Assembly: GCA_021414205.1 (NCBI GenBank)
Contig: JAIOOW010000002.1
Span: 340,171-404,170 of the forward strand
Direction of reading: 5' to 3'
DNA length: 64,000 nt
From: Candidatus Anderseniibacteriota bacterium
GTDB taxonomy: Bacteria; Patescibacteriota; Andersenbacteria; UBA10190
Of this stretch, positions 37,893 to 48,645 are shown piece after piece. The stretch's first letter is position 1; each line of letters opens with the position of its first letter. The position numbers were made by a program, and so were the translations under genes. The notes beneath the pieces were generated by a model, which saw only the letters and a list, made by a program, of their open reading frames with translations, had not been told where the DNA came from and ran no database searches.

Positions 37893-39199
37893 TAATCTCT
37901 CAGTTTTTTAACCTTGTGATGGTCTCGGATTTTTTCGAGCGCCTTGGCTTCAATCTGACGAATACGTTCTCGCGTTACATCGAATTCTTTTCCAACCTCT
38001 TCCAATGTATGAGTCACTCCGTCCATCAGCCCGAATCGCATTTCAAGAATCTTTTGTTCTCGCGGAGTTAAGTCGCCAAGAATTTCCGCTACGTGGCCTT
38101 CCAACAAATCTCGCCCAGCTGCTTGCTGAGGCGTAATTGTTACTTCGTCTTCGATAAAGTCTTTGAGCGTTGAATCTTCCTCATCATCTCCAACAGAGGC
38201 ATCGATAGAAACTGTTTCCTGAGAAATCTTCATAATATGGCGAACCTTCTCAACCGGTAAGTCCATTTCAGCTGCAATTTCTTCCGGTAATGGGTCGCGA
38301 CCTAAGTCTTGTAAAAGCCTTCGCTGAATCTGAGTGAACTTATTAATAGTTTCAACCATATGTACTGGAATACGGATTGTTCGAGACTGGTCTGCAAGTG
38401 CGCGCGTAATTGCCTGGCGAATCCACCATGTTCCGTACGTAGAGAATTTATATCCTTTTCTGTAATCAAACTTTTCAACGGCTCGGAACAACCCCAAGTT
38501 TCCTTCTTGAATTAAATCAAGGAGTGAAAGATTTTTTCTTCCCGTATATTTTTTCGCAATAGAAACAACTAATCGCAAGTTTGCTTCTGCAAGTCGCTTG
38601 CGCGCTTCTTGATCGCCCTGCTCGATTCGTTTTGCAAGCTCAACCTCTTCATCGGCAGAAAGCAATGCCGCCTTACCGATTTCTCTTAGATACATCTGCA
38701 CGGAATCATCCGAGATATTACTGATATCGATAATGGAGTCAGTAGATACAGGCGCCTTTTCTTTCTTTACTTCTTTGCTTGCAAGAGCAGCAGGCAGTTC
38801 GTATCCGATTAAATTATCCTGGGGCTCTTCAATACGGATTCCTCGATTTTCCAATTCATCAAATAATTGCTCTAGAGCCTCAATGTGCTCCTCTACTTCT
38901 GGAATAGAATACAAGATTTCCTCTTCCGTAACGAAACCCGTCTGCACACCTTTTTGCAATAACGCCTTGACCTTATCTGAAGCAATGACAGCTTCGATAT
39001 CTTCTGTTGAAACTTTGCGCACTAGGCGCTTTACTGTTTTCTTTGTTACTTTCTTTTTCGGAGCAGCTTTTTTATGAACAGCAGTTTTCTTTTTAGCATG
39101 AGTATGAGCAGCAGAAGACTTCCGTTGAGATGCGGATTTTTTTGCTTTGCCGCGAACTTGTCGCGGAGCTGCTTTTTTTGTCGCTTTCGCCTTCGCCAT
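37889..39199 (-). CDS. rpoD: Primary sigma factor RpoD
   Basis: [45 protein letters not shown]. Confidence 0.96.
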   Translation of the reverse strand: MAKAKATKKAAPRQVRGKAKKSASQRKSSAAHTHAKKKTAVHKKAAPKKKVTKKTVKRLVRKVSTEDIEAVIASDKVKALLQKGVQTGFVTEEEILYSIPEVEEHIEALEQLFDELENRGIRIEEPQDNLIGYELPAALASKEVKKEKAPVSTDSIIDISNISDDSVQMYLREIGKAALLSADEEVELAKRIEQGDQEARKRLAEANLRLVVSIAKKYTGRKNLSLLDLIQEGNLGLFRAVEKFDYRKGYKFSTYGTWWIRQAITRALADQSRTIRIPVHMVETINKFTQIQRRLLQDLGRDPLPEEIAAEMDLPVEKVRHIMKISQETVSIDASVGDDEEDSTLKDFIEDEVTITPQQAAGRDLLEGHVAEILGDLTPREQKILEMRFGLMDGVTHTLEEVGKEFDVTRERIRQIEAKALEKIRDHHKVKKLRDY

Positions 39200-39234
39200 G
39201 AAAAAATGATTACTCGTACAATAATAACACAAAA

Positions 39235-40974
39235 TTACTCCATCGCCGCAAGTTCAGACGCTACGCCCTGAAATTGCTGGAGTGCATCTTCTGATACATC
39301 TTCTTGAAGTGACAATAAACGTTCTCTCAAAAATCTTTTTTGCAAAGACCGCATCAAGAAACGCGCTTCTTCATTCAGTGAAATATTTGATGTTGAAATA
39401 AGTTCTTGCGCCCGAGATTCTACTCCAATCAAGAACGAATGATACTCTTCCCCCATCATTGCAATAAGTTCACTGCTTGCGCGTTCATGAAAAGCTTGGT
39501 CTGCGTCATGAGATCGCTGTAACTCCTTATATACTGTTTTACAGATTGGGTCAAGAAAGTACTCCTCTTTGATTCCGGCCATCAATTCTCCTCGTACGCC
39601 AGGAGCGCACAACAAGATACCGATAACCCCTTGCTCCAACCGAGTATCGTGGTTACTAACCTGGATATCAGGCTGTATTTGCCCTACCGGAGCAGCCATA
39701 ACTGGAGCTACAACTTCCTGCTGAGATACTAAATCGGCAATTTTAAGCTCTGGGACTTTCAATAATTGCGCCACTTGCTCAATCATGGCGCCTTGCTCTA
39801 TAGGGTTTTGCACCAAGCGCAATAATGGCACCAGGGCTGATAACGCTTGCTCGCGCTGCTCTGAACTACCGGCACCCAAGCGTTCCACCAACACTTCCAT
39901 AAGGGGTCGTGTTTGGGTAAACAGTTTCGCCACTTCTTCCGGATTATCTTTTGCAACATCCGCAGGATCAACTCCGTCTGGGAACGTAATCGTCGACACG
40001 TGCATACCGCCGGCCAATGCTGCCTGTGTCGCAGAAATAGTCGCCTTCCATCCGGCAGCGTCGCCATCGAACGCAGCAATCATCGTATTTGTAAAACGTT
40101 TCATGAGCGCAACATGGTCTTCTGTCATTGCGGTTCCGGATGTTGCCACCACGTTTTCAATGCCGGATTGCACCATCATAACTACGTCCATATATCCCTC
40201 CACCACAATGCATGGCATTTTGCGCAACACTTTTTTAGCGCGCGACAAGTTGTACATCACTCTGCGTTTTTCATACAATGCCGTTTCCGGAGAATTTACA
40301 TACTTCCCTTCATTTCCTGTTTCATGCCACGGTACAATTCTTCCTCCGAATGCGACGGTGCGGCCCTGCATGTCATCGATCGGGAACATGATGCGTCCGC
40401 GGAATCGGTCAAATGGTTTATTTCCATCCCGCTGCCCAACGAGCCCGGCTTCTATCATTTCTTGTATGGTATATCCTTTTTTTATCAGCCATGCCTGCGC
40501 AACACCCCACGCATGAGGAGCGTAGCCGATAGAAAATAATTTCATCGTATCTTCTGTGACCCCTCTATCTATCAAATACTGCTTTGCCTTGCTCCCCGCT
40601 TTTTGATTCATTAAAATTTCGTGATAGAACATGCGCGAAGCATCAAGCACATCAAATAATCGCTGACGATGATTTTCAACATTAGGCTTGTAGTCCGGAA
40701 GCTGTACGCCCGCCCGATCTGCCAATAATTTCAACGCCCCCACAAAGTCTACTCCTTCTATCTTTTCTACAAACGTGAACACATCTCCGCCTTCTCCACA
40801 TCCAAAACAATGCCAGCTTCCGCGGGCGGGAGTCACGATAAACGACGGACTTTTCTCTGTATGAAATGGGCACAAACCCTTAAAACTGTTCCCAGCGCGC
40901 TTCAACTTCACATGCTCGCCAATAATATCGGCTATATTAAGCCGTTCTTTAATTTGTTCGGTTTCCGCGCTCAT
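39235..40974 (-). CDS. dnaG: DNA primase
   Basis: CPFH...[31 protein letters not shown]. Confidence 0.96.
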   Translation of the reverse strand: MSAETEQIKERLNIADIIGEHVKLKRAGNSFKGLCPFHTEKSPSFIVTPARGSWHCFGCGEGGDVFTFVEKIEGVDFVGALKLLADRAGVQLPDYKPNVENHRQRLFDVLDASRMFYHEILMNQKAGSKAKQYLIDRGVTEDTMKLFSIGYAPHAWGVAQAWLIKKGYTIQEMIEAGLVGQRDGNKPFDRFRGRIMFPIDDMQGRTVAFGGRIVPWHETGNEGKYVNSPETALYEKRRVMYNLSRAKKVLRKMPCIVVEGYMDVVMMVQSGIENVVATSGTAMTEDHVALMKRFTNTMIAAFDGDAAGWKATISATQAALAGGMHVSTITFPDGVDPADVAKDNPEEVAKLFTQTRPLMEVLVERLGAGSSEQREQALSALVPLLRLVQNPIEQGAMIEQVAQLLKVPELKIADLVSQQEVVAPVMAAPVGQIQPDIQVSNHDTRLEQGVIGILLCAPGVRGELMAGIKEEYFLDPICKTVYKELQRSHDADQAFHERASSELIAMMGEEYHSFLIGVESRAQELISTSNISLNEEARFLMRSLQKRFLRERLLSLQEDVSEDALQQFQGVASELAAME

Positions 40975-41005
40975 GCATTAAGAATCACGTAGATTGCCTT
41001 CTTAT

Positions 41006-41539
41006 TCAAGTACGCTCTTTGCCATACGATTCCACAAACGGCTTCGGGTCTTGCCACCATGAAAGCTTCGTTCTGCCTTCAAACGGGCGGAGCCATCCGG
41101 GCAATACCATGCCCGACCATGGGCCAATGTAGAGGCCAAAATGCAGATGTGCTAATTTCCAGAATCCATTTTCAGGAGATGCGCCCGGAGCAACTTCGCC
41201 GATCTTGTCGCCCATGCGAACCTCAGCCCCATCTTGCACAGCGAGGTTATACAAATGGCCGTAGACAGAATAAAATAACGCTCCAGTATCTTTATGAGTA
41301 TGCTCAATAATGACAATGCCTCCCCAATTTTTTTTCTGCTCTGACCCAAGTCGCATTTCAGCCCACACAACCCTGCCGTCGCCAGCACACGCAACTTCCG
41401 TACCAGGTTGAGTCAAAATATCATCGCCCAAATGCCGAGCAATGAGTATCATGCGGCTGCGAATTCGCTGCCCAAACTTGTATCCCGTAACGCTATACGG
41501 AGCAATAGGAAGCTTAAGCTGTGCTGTTTTTACGCCCAT
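41006..41539 (-). CDS. M23-family peptidase
   Basis: HLGDD, YGHL, HLHF motifs. Confidence 0.85.
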   Translation of the reverse strand: MGVKTAQLKLPIAPYSVTGYKFGQRIRSRMILIARHLGDDILTQPGTEVACAGDGRVVWAEMRLGSEQKKNWGGIVIIEHTHKDTGALFYSVYGHLYNLAVQDGAEVRMGDKIGEVAPGASPENGFWKLAHLHFGLYIGPWSGMVLPGWLRPFEGRTKLSWWQDPKPFVESYGKERT

Positions 41540-41623
41540 AGAAAAGATAAGATAACCAATACCACAATCAACAATACGGCAGCTATAGCCCACCCTACAA
41601 TAGAACGTACTGCGGCATTAAAA

Positions 41624-43147
41624 TCATTCGGCATAATTCTGGTGCATGGTTATTGATGCGCGAATAAGCTTATCATATTCCCTTGCGGAATATTCCCACG
41701 AAAAGTCTCTCCTCATTGCAGTTTTTTGGAGTTTTCGCCAGATGGTTTTATTTTGAAAATTTTCATACGCTCGAACAACCGCGATAAGTAGTGATGATGC
41801 GTCGAATTTCTCAAACACAAAACCGGTACTTTTTGCATTGCCGGGGTAGTAATCAATAACAGTGTCTGCCAACCCTCCTGTCTTTCTCACGATCGGAATC
41901 GTTCCGTAATGCATCGCTTCCATCTGAGTCAATCCCGATGGCTCGAAAAGCGACGGAATCAATACGGCGTCTGCGCCGGAAAATATCTTACGAGGAAGCT
42001 CATGATCGAAATGGAGCTGAGCGCCAACTCTTTCAGGAGACTCATCATGCAGTTCTTGGAAAAATTTCATATACTTCTCCTCACCTTCGCCAACAACCAC
42101 TAGTTGCATATTCAATTCTTGCAACAGTGACCTTAGTACGCCGTCCATCATAAGATCAAACCCCTTTTGCGTTGTTAGTCTGCTCACAATTGCAACCAAG
42201 AAAACATCTTTATTTTCTTCTATATTAAAGTATTGCTGAATAGCTACTTTATTATCCATTCTTTTCTCAAGAGCATCCACAGAAAATGTCTGAGTAATCA
42301 TTGGATCACGCAACGGATTCCACATCCCATAATCGATTCCGTTCAAAATACCGTATACCACCGATTTTTTCTCTCGCAGTATCGCATCCATCCCCTCGCC
42401 ATACTCTCCTTCCATTATTTCTCGCGAGTAGGTAGGAGAAACCGTATTAATAATATCGGAATACATAATTCCGCGACGCAATCCATTAATATGCATGAGA
42501 CGGGGATCATTAAGAGCAGGTACTGGGGAATGGCCGTCGTCGTACTCGGATTCTTGTATGTATTTATGATTAAACGTGCCCTGATACCCCAAATTGTGAA
42601 TAGAGAAGATTGTGGAGATCTTACTAAGTTTCGGATGCTCCTGATACATAGTTTTTAAGTAATTTGGCAAAAATCCTATTTGCCAATCAGTACATATAAT
42701 CACATCGGGCACCCAGTCGGATACTTTTAAAAACTCAAGAACTCCTCTACATAAAAGCGCCCAGCGGATCGGATCGTCTGCATATCCATATACGTTTGCT
42801 CGCTGTTCGTAATATTCCATATTCTCCAGAAAATACACCGTGGTAGGCTTTCCCTTTTCCGTATTCTTCGTATATTTTTTTACATTGCATACGATTTCAG
42901 TCCCCTCTTCATCATCAGTCGGAACTAATAACCCCTCATATTCCATGTGAATATTCTCCATATTTCCAATATCCAAATATCGCGGAATCATCACGCGAGC
43001 GTCATGCCCTAAAGCATTCAACGCTTTTGACAGCGAATGCATAACCGACCCCAGCCCTCCTACTTTTGCAAACGGATCAACTTCTGTTGAAACGAACAGA
43101 ATCTTACGTTTCTTATCCTTCGCAAACATTCGGATCATAGTACTCAT
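41624..43147 (-). CDS. glgA: Glycogen synthase
   Basis: KVGGLG, TVSPTYS-x-EI, GILNGID, PSLFEP-x-GLTQM, GGLADTV. Confidence 0.93.
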   Translation of the reverse strand: MSTMIRMFAKDKKRKILFVSTEVDPFAKVGGLGSVMHSLSKALNALGHDARVMIPRYLDIGNMENIHMEYEGLLVPTDDEEGTEIVCNVKKYTKNTEKGKPTTVYFLENMEYYEQRANVYGYADDPIRWALLCRGVLEFLKVSDWVPDVIICTDWQIGFLPNYLKTMYQEHPKLSKISTIFSIHNLGYQGTFNHKYIQESEYDDGHSPVPALNDPRLMHINGLRRGIMYSDIINTVSPTYSREIMEGEYGEGMDAILREKKSVVYGILNGIDYGMWNPLRDPMITQTFSVDALEKRMDNKVAIQQYFNIEENKDVFLVAIVSRLTTQKGFDLMMDGVLRSLLQELNMQLVVVGEGEEKYMKFFQELHDESPERVGAQLHFDHELPRKIFSGADAVLIPSLFEPSGLTQMEAMHYGTIPIVRKTGGLADTVIDYYPGNAKSTGFVFEKFDASSLLIAVVRAYENFQNKTIWRKLQKTAMRRDFSWEYSAREYDKLIRASITMHQNYAE

Positions 43148-44784
43148 TATACGCTCGGAAAATAGAGTTTGCTCATATATTCGCCAAGCATTCGAGTAGT
43201 CGTATAGCGTTCAAGAACAATGTTTCTTGTTTTCTTCATTTTCTCAATCCATGATCGGGGATACCCTTTCTCATCACGCGTATAAAATGCTGGAATAATC
43301 TCATGTTCAAGCATTGCATACAAAGAATCCGCAGTAACATCCGCATCGAGCGTCCAAAAACAATCCTCACTTGCCACTTCACCGAACCACCCGTCTGCCA
43401 CTGAACACTGCAACACTCCGTTAATAGACGCCTTCATACCGCTTGTTCCCGATGCCTCCATGCCAAACTCCGGCGTATTCAACCAAATATCCGCGCCCGA
43501 AACCAGATATTTAGACAATGCAAGAGAATAGCCAGGCACATACACTACTCTGCCGCCATCAATATTCTGCACCAACAGCATAAGCTGCTCCAATAAATCT
43601 CTTGCTGTTTGATCAAATCCATATGCGTTGCCAGAAAAAACAAGCGTAACTGGCCGATCAGCATTCTCAATAATAGCGCGTAGGCGATCTATATCTTGAA
43701 ATATGAGGAGCGGGCGCTTATATTCGGCGATTCTTCTCGCCCATACAATCACAAGTGAATCAGTATTTATGGATTGCCCCGTTCTTTCTTTTATTGCATA
43801 TGCTAATTCCTTCTTTCCCGCATTATGAATGCTCCAAAGATCTTCGTCACTTCCTACTGTGGATAACGCGGGCATCATCCATCTGCTTTTACTGACCCCG
43901 TTCGTAATAGGGATTAATGCCTGACATTCCGGGCACTGCCGCTGCTCGAACTCCGCATGCAAACGGCTTACCGCGCTCGTTCGGATACACGCTCGAAGAA
44001 GAAATTCCGTTGTAGAAAATGTATTCGGATCCATACTCTGCATTCCAAGACCAAAGAATTCACTATGGTCTACGGCGTGGTCTGTAAATAGCTTTCCGAA
44101 ATAGTGCTGGCTTTGCTCTTTGGAAAAAAACAGTCCTGCGCCCGGCAATATAGTGTGCTTCGTACCCACAAGCTTTGGCCGAACCTTAGTAAGCGCATCG
44201 GTAAAGGACTCTTCCCCAACACGCTCCTGGAGCGCCAGCGCAATGGCAGTAAAGCTCATATGCCCCTCATTAAGATGGTAGACATCCGGAGACAGACCAA
44301 GGGCATGAAACAGCTCAACACTCCCCATTCCAAGAATAATTTCTTGTGTCATGCGTTCATCAAATTCTTCCGGGTACAACAACGACGTGATATTTTTATC
44401 ACTATCAGCATTGTTTTCCGGAATATTCGTATCTAACAAATACAGACTTGCAAACCCCCATGATTTTTTCCAGGCCTGAGCGGATACTTCTCTCTCGCCA
44501 ACTAACACACGTATCACCACTCGTTTACCGCTGCCATCTTCCGCTAGGGCAAATCCAAAATCCCGAGGATCCACTTCGGTATTAGCATCTCCGCGAGGAG
44601 GATAGCTTGCAAACCCCTTTCTATCGAATAATCCAACCGCTGCAAATGGTATATCTTGTTCGCTAGCCTCGATTAAAATATCTCCTGCCAAAACTCCCAA
44701 TCCTCCTGCATAAATTGGCAATCGATCATCTATCGCATACTCAGCACAGATATATGCTACAAGCTTGCTACTTTCAGAAGACAT
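43147..44784 (-). CDS. glgP: Alpha-glucan phosphorylase (short form)
   Basis: YAGGLGVLAGD, HLNEGH, ARRIAEYKR, EASGTSGMKA. Confidence 0.9.
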   Translation of the reverse strand: MSSESSKLVAYICAEYAIDDRLPIYAGGLGVLAGDILIEASEQDIPFAAVGLFDRKGFASYPPRGDANTEVDPRDFGFALAEDGSGKRVVIRVLVGEREVSAQAWKKSWGFASLYLLDTNIPENNADSDKNITSLLYPEEFDERMTQEIILGMGSVELFHALGLSPDVYHLNEGHMSFTAIALALQERVGEESFTDALTKVRPKLVGTKHTILPGAGLFFSKEQSQHYFGKLFTDHAVDHSEFFGLGMQSMDPNTFSTTEFLLRACIRTSAVSRLHAEFEQRQCPECQALIPITNGVSKSRWMMPALSTVGSDEDLWSIHNAGKKELAYAIKERTGQSINTDSLVIVWARRIAEYKRPLLIFQDIDRLRAIIENADRPVTLVFSGNAYGFDQTARDLLEQLMLLVQNIDGGRVVYVPGYSLALSKYLVSGADIWLNTPEFGMEASGTSGMKASINGVLQCSVADGWFGEVASEDCFWTLDADVTADSLYAMLEHEIIPAFYTRDEKGYPRSWIEKMKKTRNIVLERYTTTRMLGEYMSKLYFPSV

Positions 44785-44802
44785 GCGTTTGTATATATTG
44801 GA

Positions 44803-45411
44803 TTAACATCCGCACTTCCAAGCATTCCCAACTTTTCTGCATACATTTGGGCAGAATGTGGGACGGGGAGTTGGGTCGCTAATAGGAGTTATTGTCGGAC
44901 TAGGCGTTGGATCGCCTGTATGAGGAAGCGTAATAGAAACGTTGCAACTCGAAGGAGTGTAGTATCGCAGACTTCCCAACTTCATCCATCCAGAACCGGA
45001 GCGTACCCATCCACCCAAAAAGTCCGCTCGAACAGTACTACTACCTCCGTCGCTCCGCACAATATACCGACTTTCGGCAACACCAGCATTGTTCGTAATG
45101 GCAATCGTAGGATTTACAAATCCAACAGAACTATTTGTAGACCATACAATGCGCAAGCTATTTAGCTGCTCAGCAGATAGCGTCATTCCTGGAGCAGACA
45201 CCGTGGCCCGAACCTTTCCATCAGCAAACGAACAATCAAGTTTTGTTGTAATTTTTGCTTGAGTAATAGGCCTATTATCATGATACGCAGTCAGCGATAA
45301 CGACCCACTGTAAAACGTAACTAAAAATATTGCGACAGCAGCCAACGCGAGCGCAGTGCCCACCATCCATACTTGCTTCGTATTTTTTTGTTTATTTTTT
45401 GAACGCTTCAT
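44803..45411 (-). CDS. Membrane-anchored Ig-like (Big_1-like) protein, module C, with PT linker and Cys-rich tail
   Basis: N-terminal TM; TKLDCS, TNNAGVA; paralog of 48128-48622. Confidence 0.6.
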   Translation of the reverse strand: MKRSKNKQKNTKQVWMVGTALALAAVAIFLVTFYSGSLSLTAYHDNRPITQAKITTKLDCSFADGKVRATVSAPGMTLSAEQLNSLRIVWSTNSSVGFVNPTIAITNNAGVAESRYIVRSDGGSSTVRADFLGGWVRSGSGWMKLGSLRYYTPSSCNVSITLPHTGDPTPSPTITPISDPTPRPTFCPNVCRKVGNAWKCGC

Positions 45412-45460
45412 GTCGGGTACTATAAAAAATTATTACAATCATTATACCACAAACAAAACA

Positions 45461-45486
45461 CAAACCCCGCCTAAGGAGGCGGGGTG
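45461..45486 (-). terminator. Rho-independent terminator
   Basis: ACCCCGCCT-AAGG-AGGCGGGGT with adjacent A-rich run. Confidence 0.7.
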
Positions 45487-45510
45487 AGGTTCTTGTATTG
45501 AATTCCCTAA

Positions 45511-46584
45511 TTAGCCGAGGATTGCTTTTCGTACTACGAACGCAAGTCCAGATCCGCTAAATAGTGTAGAGAAGAGAAGTGTAGCAACTCCCTCGGCACC
45601 AGTCTTAGCAGTTACAGGAACTGCCTGCGGCGCTTGCTGGATTACTACAACCGGAGTCGGAACAACAACTACTGCAGAGGCAACCTTTCCTTTTGATACT
45701 GTCTTTGTAACAGTCTGCGTGTTGTTTTGTGTAACATTCACATCACCAGTATTGCTCTCGCTCTTGTTTTCGCTTGAGTTATTAGAACTGTTGTTCACGT
45801 TCAAGGAGATATTGTTATTGTTGATGTTGCAGTTCACGTTTGTGTTCTCAGCTACTACGAACACTTTCCCGTCTGTACACGTAACGGTAACCATTGTTGG
45901 AGTTGGAGTAGGTGTAGGTGTCGGAGTTGGCGTAGGAGTTGGAGTCGGTGTAGGTGTCGGAGTTGGTGTAGGAGTAGGAGTAGGAGTTGGAGTAGGTGTT
46001 GGAGTTGGTGTAGGAGTAGGAGTTGGAGTAGGTGTAGCGCATCCAGATCGATTCACCCATGTGAAGTCGTAAATTTTATGGTTACCTACTGCTCCATAGT
46101 TTTCTCCAACAGTCCATAATGTAGTTGAGGTGCAAGCATTAAGAGACGGAAGAATAAATGTTCCAGAAATATTTAACGTGTAATGAGATCGGTCATCACA
46201 TCGGAAACAGATCTTTCCCTGGCTCCATGTTTTCTGATCAAGCAAATGCCATTCTCCAGTATTTCCTACTGAAGATACTTTTCCTCCTGCAATATGCTCA
46301 TATACCTTAAGTGACGCAGAAGCTGGTTCGTTTCCACAGTTAATCCAGCTGTATCGAGCATCATACTGAACAGTGTTCGTAGAAACAGTTGAATCGTGCT
46401 GAGGAGACGCTACGAATAAATCTGGCGTGTACTGAGGATTAGTATCCGTTACGATCTGCTGGATACCGTTCGCATCAGCGTCTTTAGAAAAATTAATAAC
46501 AAACGCAAAACCGCTAAGAACAATAAGTGTTCCTAGGAGTACTGGCGCTGTCCAACGAGATAATTGTGCTTTGTTCATATACAA
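45511..46584 (-). CDS. Surface protein, module B: Cys-rich head, PT stalk, Asn-rich segment, AKTG-TM tail
   Basis: Signal/TM, (PT)n repeat, VTAKTGAEG plus hydrophobic stretch plus RK. Confidence 0.75.
   Translation of the reverse strand: MYMNKAQLSRWTAPVLLGTLIVLSGFAFVINFSKDADANGIQQIVTDTNPQYTPDLFVASPQHDSTVSTNTVQYDARYSWINCGNEPASASLKVYEHIAGGKVSSVGNTGEWHLLDQKTWSQGKICFRCDDRSHYTLNISGTFILPSLNACTSTTLWTVGENYGAVGNHKIYDFTWVNRSGCATPTPTPTPTPTPTPTPTPTPTPTPTPTPTPTPTPTPTPTPTPTPTPTMVTVTCTDGKVFVVAENTNVNCNINNNNISLNVNNSSNNSSENKSESNTGDVNVTQNNTQTVTKTVSKGKVASAVVVVPTPVVVIQQAPQAVPVTAKTGAEGVATLLFSTLFSGSGLAFVVRKAILG
45895..46035 (-). repeat. Pro-Thr dipeptide repeat (about 23 units)
   Basis: Hexamer repeat with synonymous codon variation. 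Confidence 0.95.
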
Positions 46585-46744
46585 GAATTCCTCTACTTAA
46601 TAATTAAACTAACCTGCTATCGTATCTGATTTAGTATTTCTTGTCAAGTATTAAATCGTACTATATGTCAATAACTTATTATTTACCTCTATTAAGCTAT
46701 TATTTTGCAATGACATTCACTGCAAAGTATGATACAGTACGGGC

Positions 46745-48067
46745 ATGAAAAACATCCTTATAAGCGCTCTAGCAATCCTACTAGCCGCATGCACGGCCCA
46801 ATTCGCGCATGCCCAAACTGACGCTCAATCGATTATCGCATCGGCAGGAAATCAAGGTTCGCTATTATCGAGAATTTATGCCTCCGATGCAACAATAACC
46901 TCCTCACCGAATGATCATCACGTAACTGGCACAGTTCTCATCCGGAATAGCGAGAGCGCGACTGTCGGAAATATCCAATATGAAGTCATGTTGCTATCCC
47001 CTCTTCCACAAGCGCCGATAAATCAGCTTGTTACAGACTCGCCTGACGTATATGACAGGGTCCGATCCACGGAGGTACTTACATTAAAAGCAGGTGAGAA
47101 ACGAACAATTCCATTTTCTTACGAAGCGCCGAATGTACCGCAAGGTTCATACAGAATTAGAATCCAAATTGTTACCACAAACGACAGAAAACTTGGCTGG
47201 GACGATGCAACAGTCACGCTTGGAGGCGCCGATAGCTTTCTTATAGTCACCCCCACACACGTACTGGTAAAAAGTTCTGACCCTATTACGAAAGAATCGG
47301 GATCAACATGGGATCCTCTGTATGGAGTAAACGTAGACCCTCGTGCGCAAATCCAATTTGAGACAATCCTCAAAAATACGGGGACGCAGCAATTGTCGGG
47401 AACAATTATAACTAGCACAAAGAGGCTTCTTTACTCAGACCAACCACAAGACGTGGTAAATGAGCAATCAATCGCTATTCCAGGCAATACATCAAAGACT
47501 GTTACAATCCCCATCACAACCGAATCAAAGCCTGGCGCATACATCATATTATTAACAGTGGAAGATAAAGCGCATCATAAAATATCCGGTGTAGGAGAAT
47601 ACCGATACGTTGTACGAGGGCAAACAGCTTCTATCGTATCCGTTCAAGTTGCATCACTTCCATCGATAGAAAAAGATCTTGCTCAGCTTAGTTTCGTTCT
47701 TGGCGGATCCGCCGATCGCGCAACTCCCGTAGAAGGAACGCTTGCAATCGAAATCAATGACTCTAAAGGACAAGTAGGTTCTGCGGAGCAAGCATTTTCA
47801 ACAACCGGCGCAACGCCAATTACTGGAACAGCTCAGGTTACGATGCAAAAAGTATTATGCGGCACACCAACTGTACATATCTCCCTGAAAGCCAAGGACG
47901 GATCATTGCTCGATTCGTACGTAACAAGTGCTCCTGCGTTTGCAAACCCCTCCTGTAAACCATCTATTGCAACATACTTCACAAAGCCTGTTATAAACAC
48001 ACTTCTTGGAGTAATAGCCTTGGTCATTGTCGGCGTACTAATCAGAATACGCGTCACCCAGAAATAA
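46745..48067 (+). CDS. Surface protein, module A: multi-beta-sandwich with C-terminal TM
   Basis: Signal peptide; shares YRIR-x-QI-x-T-x-N...GWDDA and GVNVDP with the 49854-52427 protein. Confidence 0.7.
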   Translation: MKNILISALAILLAACTAQFAHAQTDAQSIIASAGNQGSLLSRIYASDATITSSPNDHHVTGTVLIRNSESATVGNIQYEVMLLSPLPQAPINQLVTDSPDVYDRVRSTEVLTLKAGEKRTIPFSYEAPNVPQGSYRIRIQIVTTNDRKLGWDDATVTLGGADSFLIVTPTHVLVKSSDPITKESGSTWDPLYGVNVDPRAQIQFETILKNTGTQQLSGTIITSTKRLLYSDQPQDVVNEQSIAIPGNTSKTVTIPITTESKPGAYIILLTVEDKAHHKISGVGEYRYVVRGQTASIVSVQVASLPSIEKDLAQLSFVLGGSADRATPVEGTLAIEINDSKGQVGSAEQAFSTTGATPITGTAQVTMQKVLCGTPTVHISLKAKDGSLLDSYVTSAPAFANPSCKPSIATYFTKPVINTLLGVIALVIVGVLIRIRVTQK

Positions 48068-48079
48068 TCGCCCATAACA

Positions 48080-48102
48080 AATCCCGGCTATTGCGCCGGG
48101 AT
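48080..48102. terminator. Terminator hairpin between convergent genes
   Basis: AATCCCGGC-TATTGC-GCCGGGATT. Confidence 0.6.
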
Positions 48103-48127
48103 TATGCTGTTACAAAATGTATATTTA

Positions 48128-48622
48128 TTATTTTCCGCTTACTTGAGCTTCGCACGTTGCTGGATCGTACGTAACCGTAGCAAACGAACTCGAACCATCT
48201 GCAGATTTAGACTCTACGCTAAAGACATCTCCATTAAATGATGCAGTTGCGTTCGACGTGGTTGAAGCCGTAACTTTTGTTTGCGTCATGCCGTTAGCAT
48301 CTGTCACAGAAGATACCGGGAAGACAGTACCAGCAGAACTTGGCACGGCCCAATTAATAGTCTCACCCTTTAACACGCTTCCGTTTGGTAGTGACAGGGA
48401 GTTTCCATTTGTATTAGCTACAGAAAGCACTGCCGAGACCGTACCGTCGGCAGCCACGGAGCATGCGAGCTTAGTTGCTACTTTGCCATCCGAACCCGTA
48501 TACGATTTCGTGCCAAGCAACCCTCCGTACGAGGACGCTAAGTAGATAAGCACTATTGCCACAACTACTCCCCCTGCTATCATCAAATTTCTATTATTAT
48601 TTTGTGCGTTCTTTTTTGCCAT
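48128..48622 (-). CDS. Membrane-anchored Ig-like (Big_1-like) protein, module C
   Basis: N-terminal TM; TKLACS, VTDANG. Confidence 0.6.
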   Translation of the reverse strand: MAKKNAQNNNRNLMIAGGVVVAIVLIYLASSYGGLLGTKSYTGSDGKVATKLACSVAADGTVSAVLSVANTNGNSLSLPNGSVLKGETINWAVPSSAGTVFPVSSVTDANGMTQTKVTASTTSNATASFNGDVFSVESKSADGSSSFATVTYDPATCEAQVSGK

Positions 48623-48645
48623 ATGAATATATTAATAGTAATAAT

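Noticed and set aside
45895-46035. Possible CRISPR array or phase-variable simple repeat
   Set aside because: It is an in-frame hexamer repeat with synonymous variation and no spacers; no cas genes are present.
45719-46072. Antisense (GV)n ORFs and alternative-frame Y/S/N-rich ORFs, also at 48839 and 50179
   Set aside because: Shadows of the Pro-Thr repeats.
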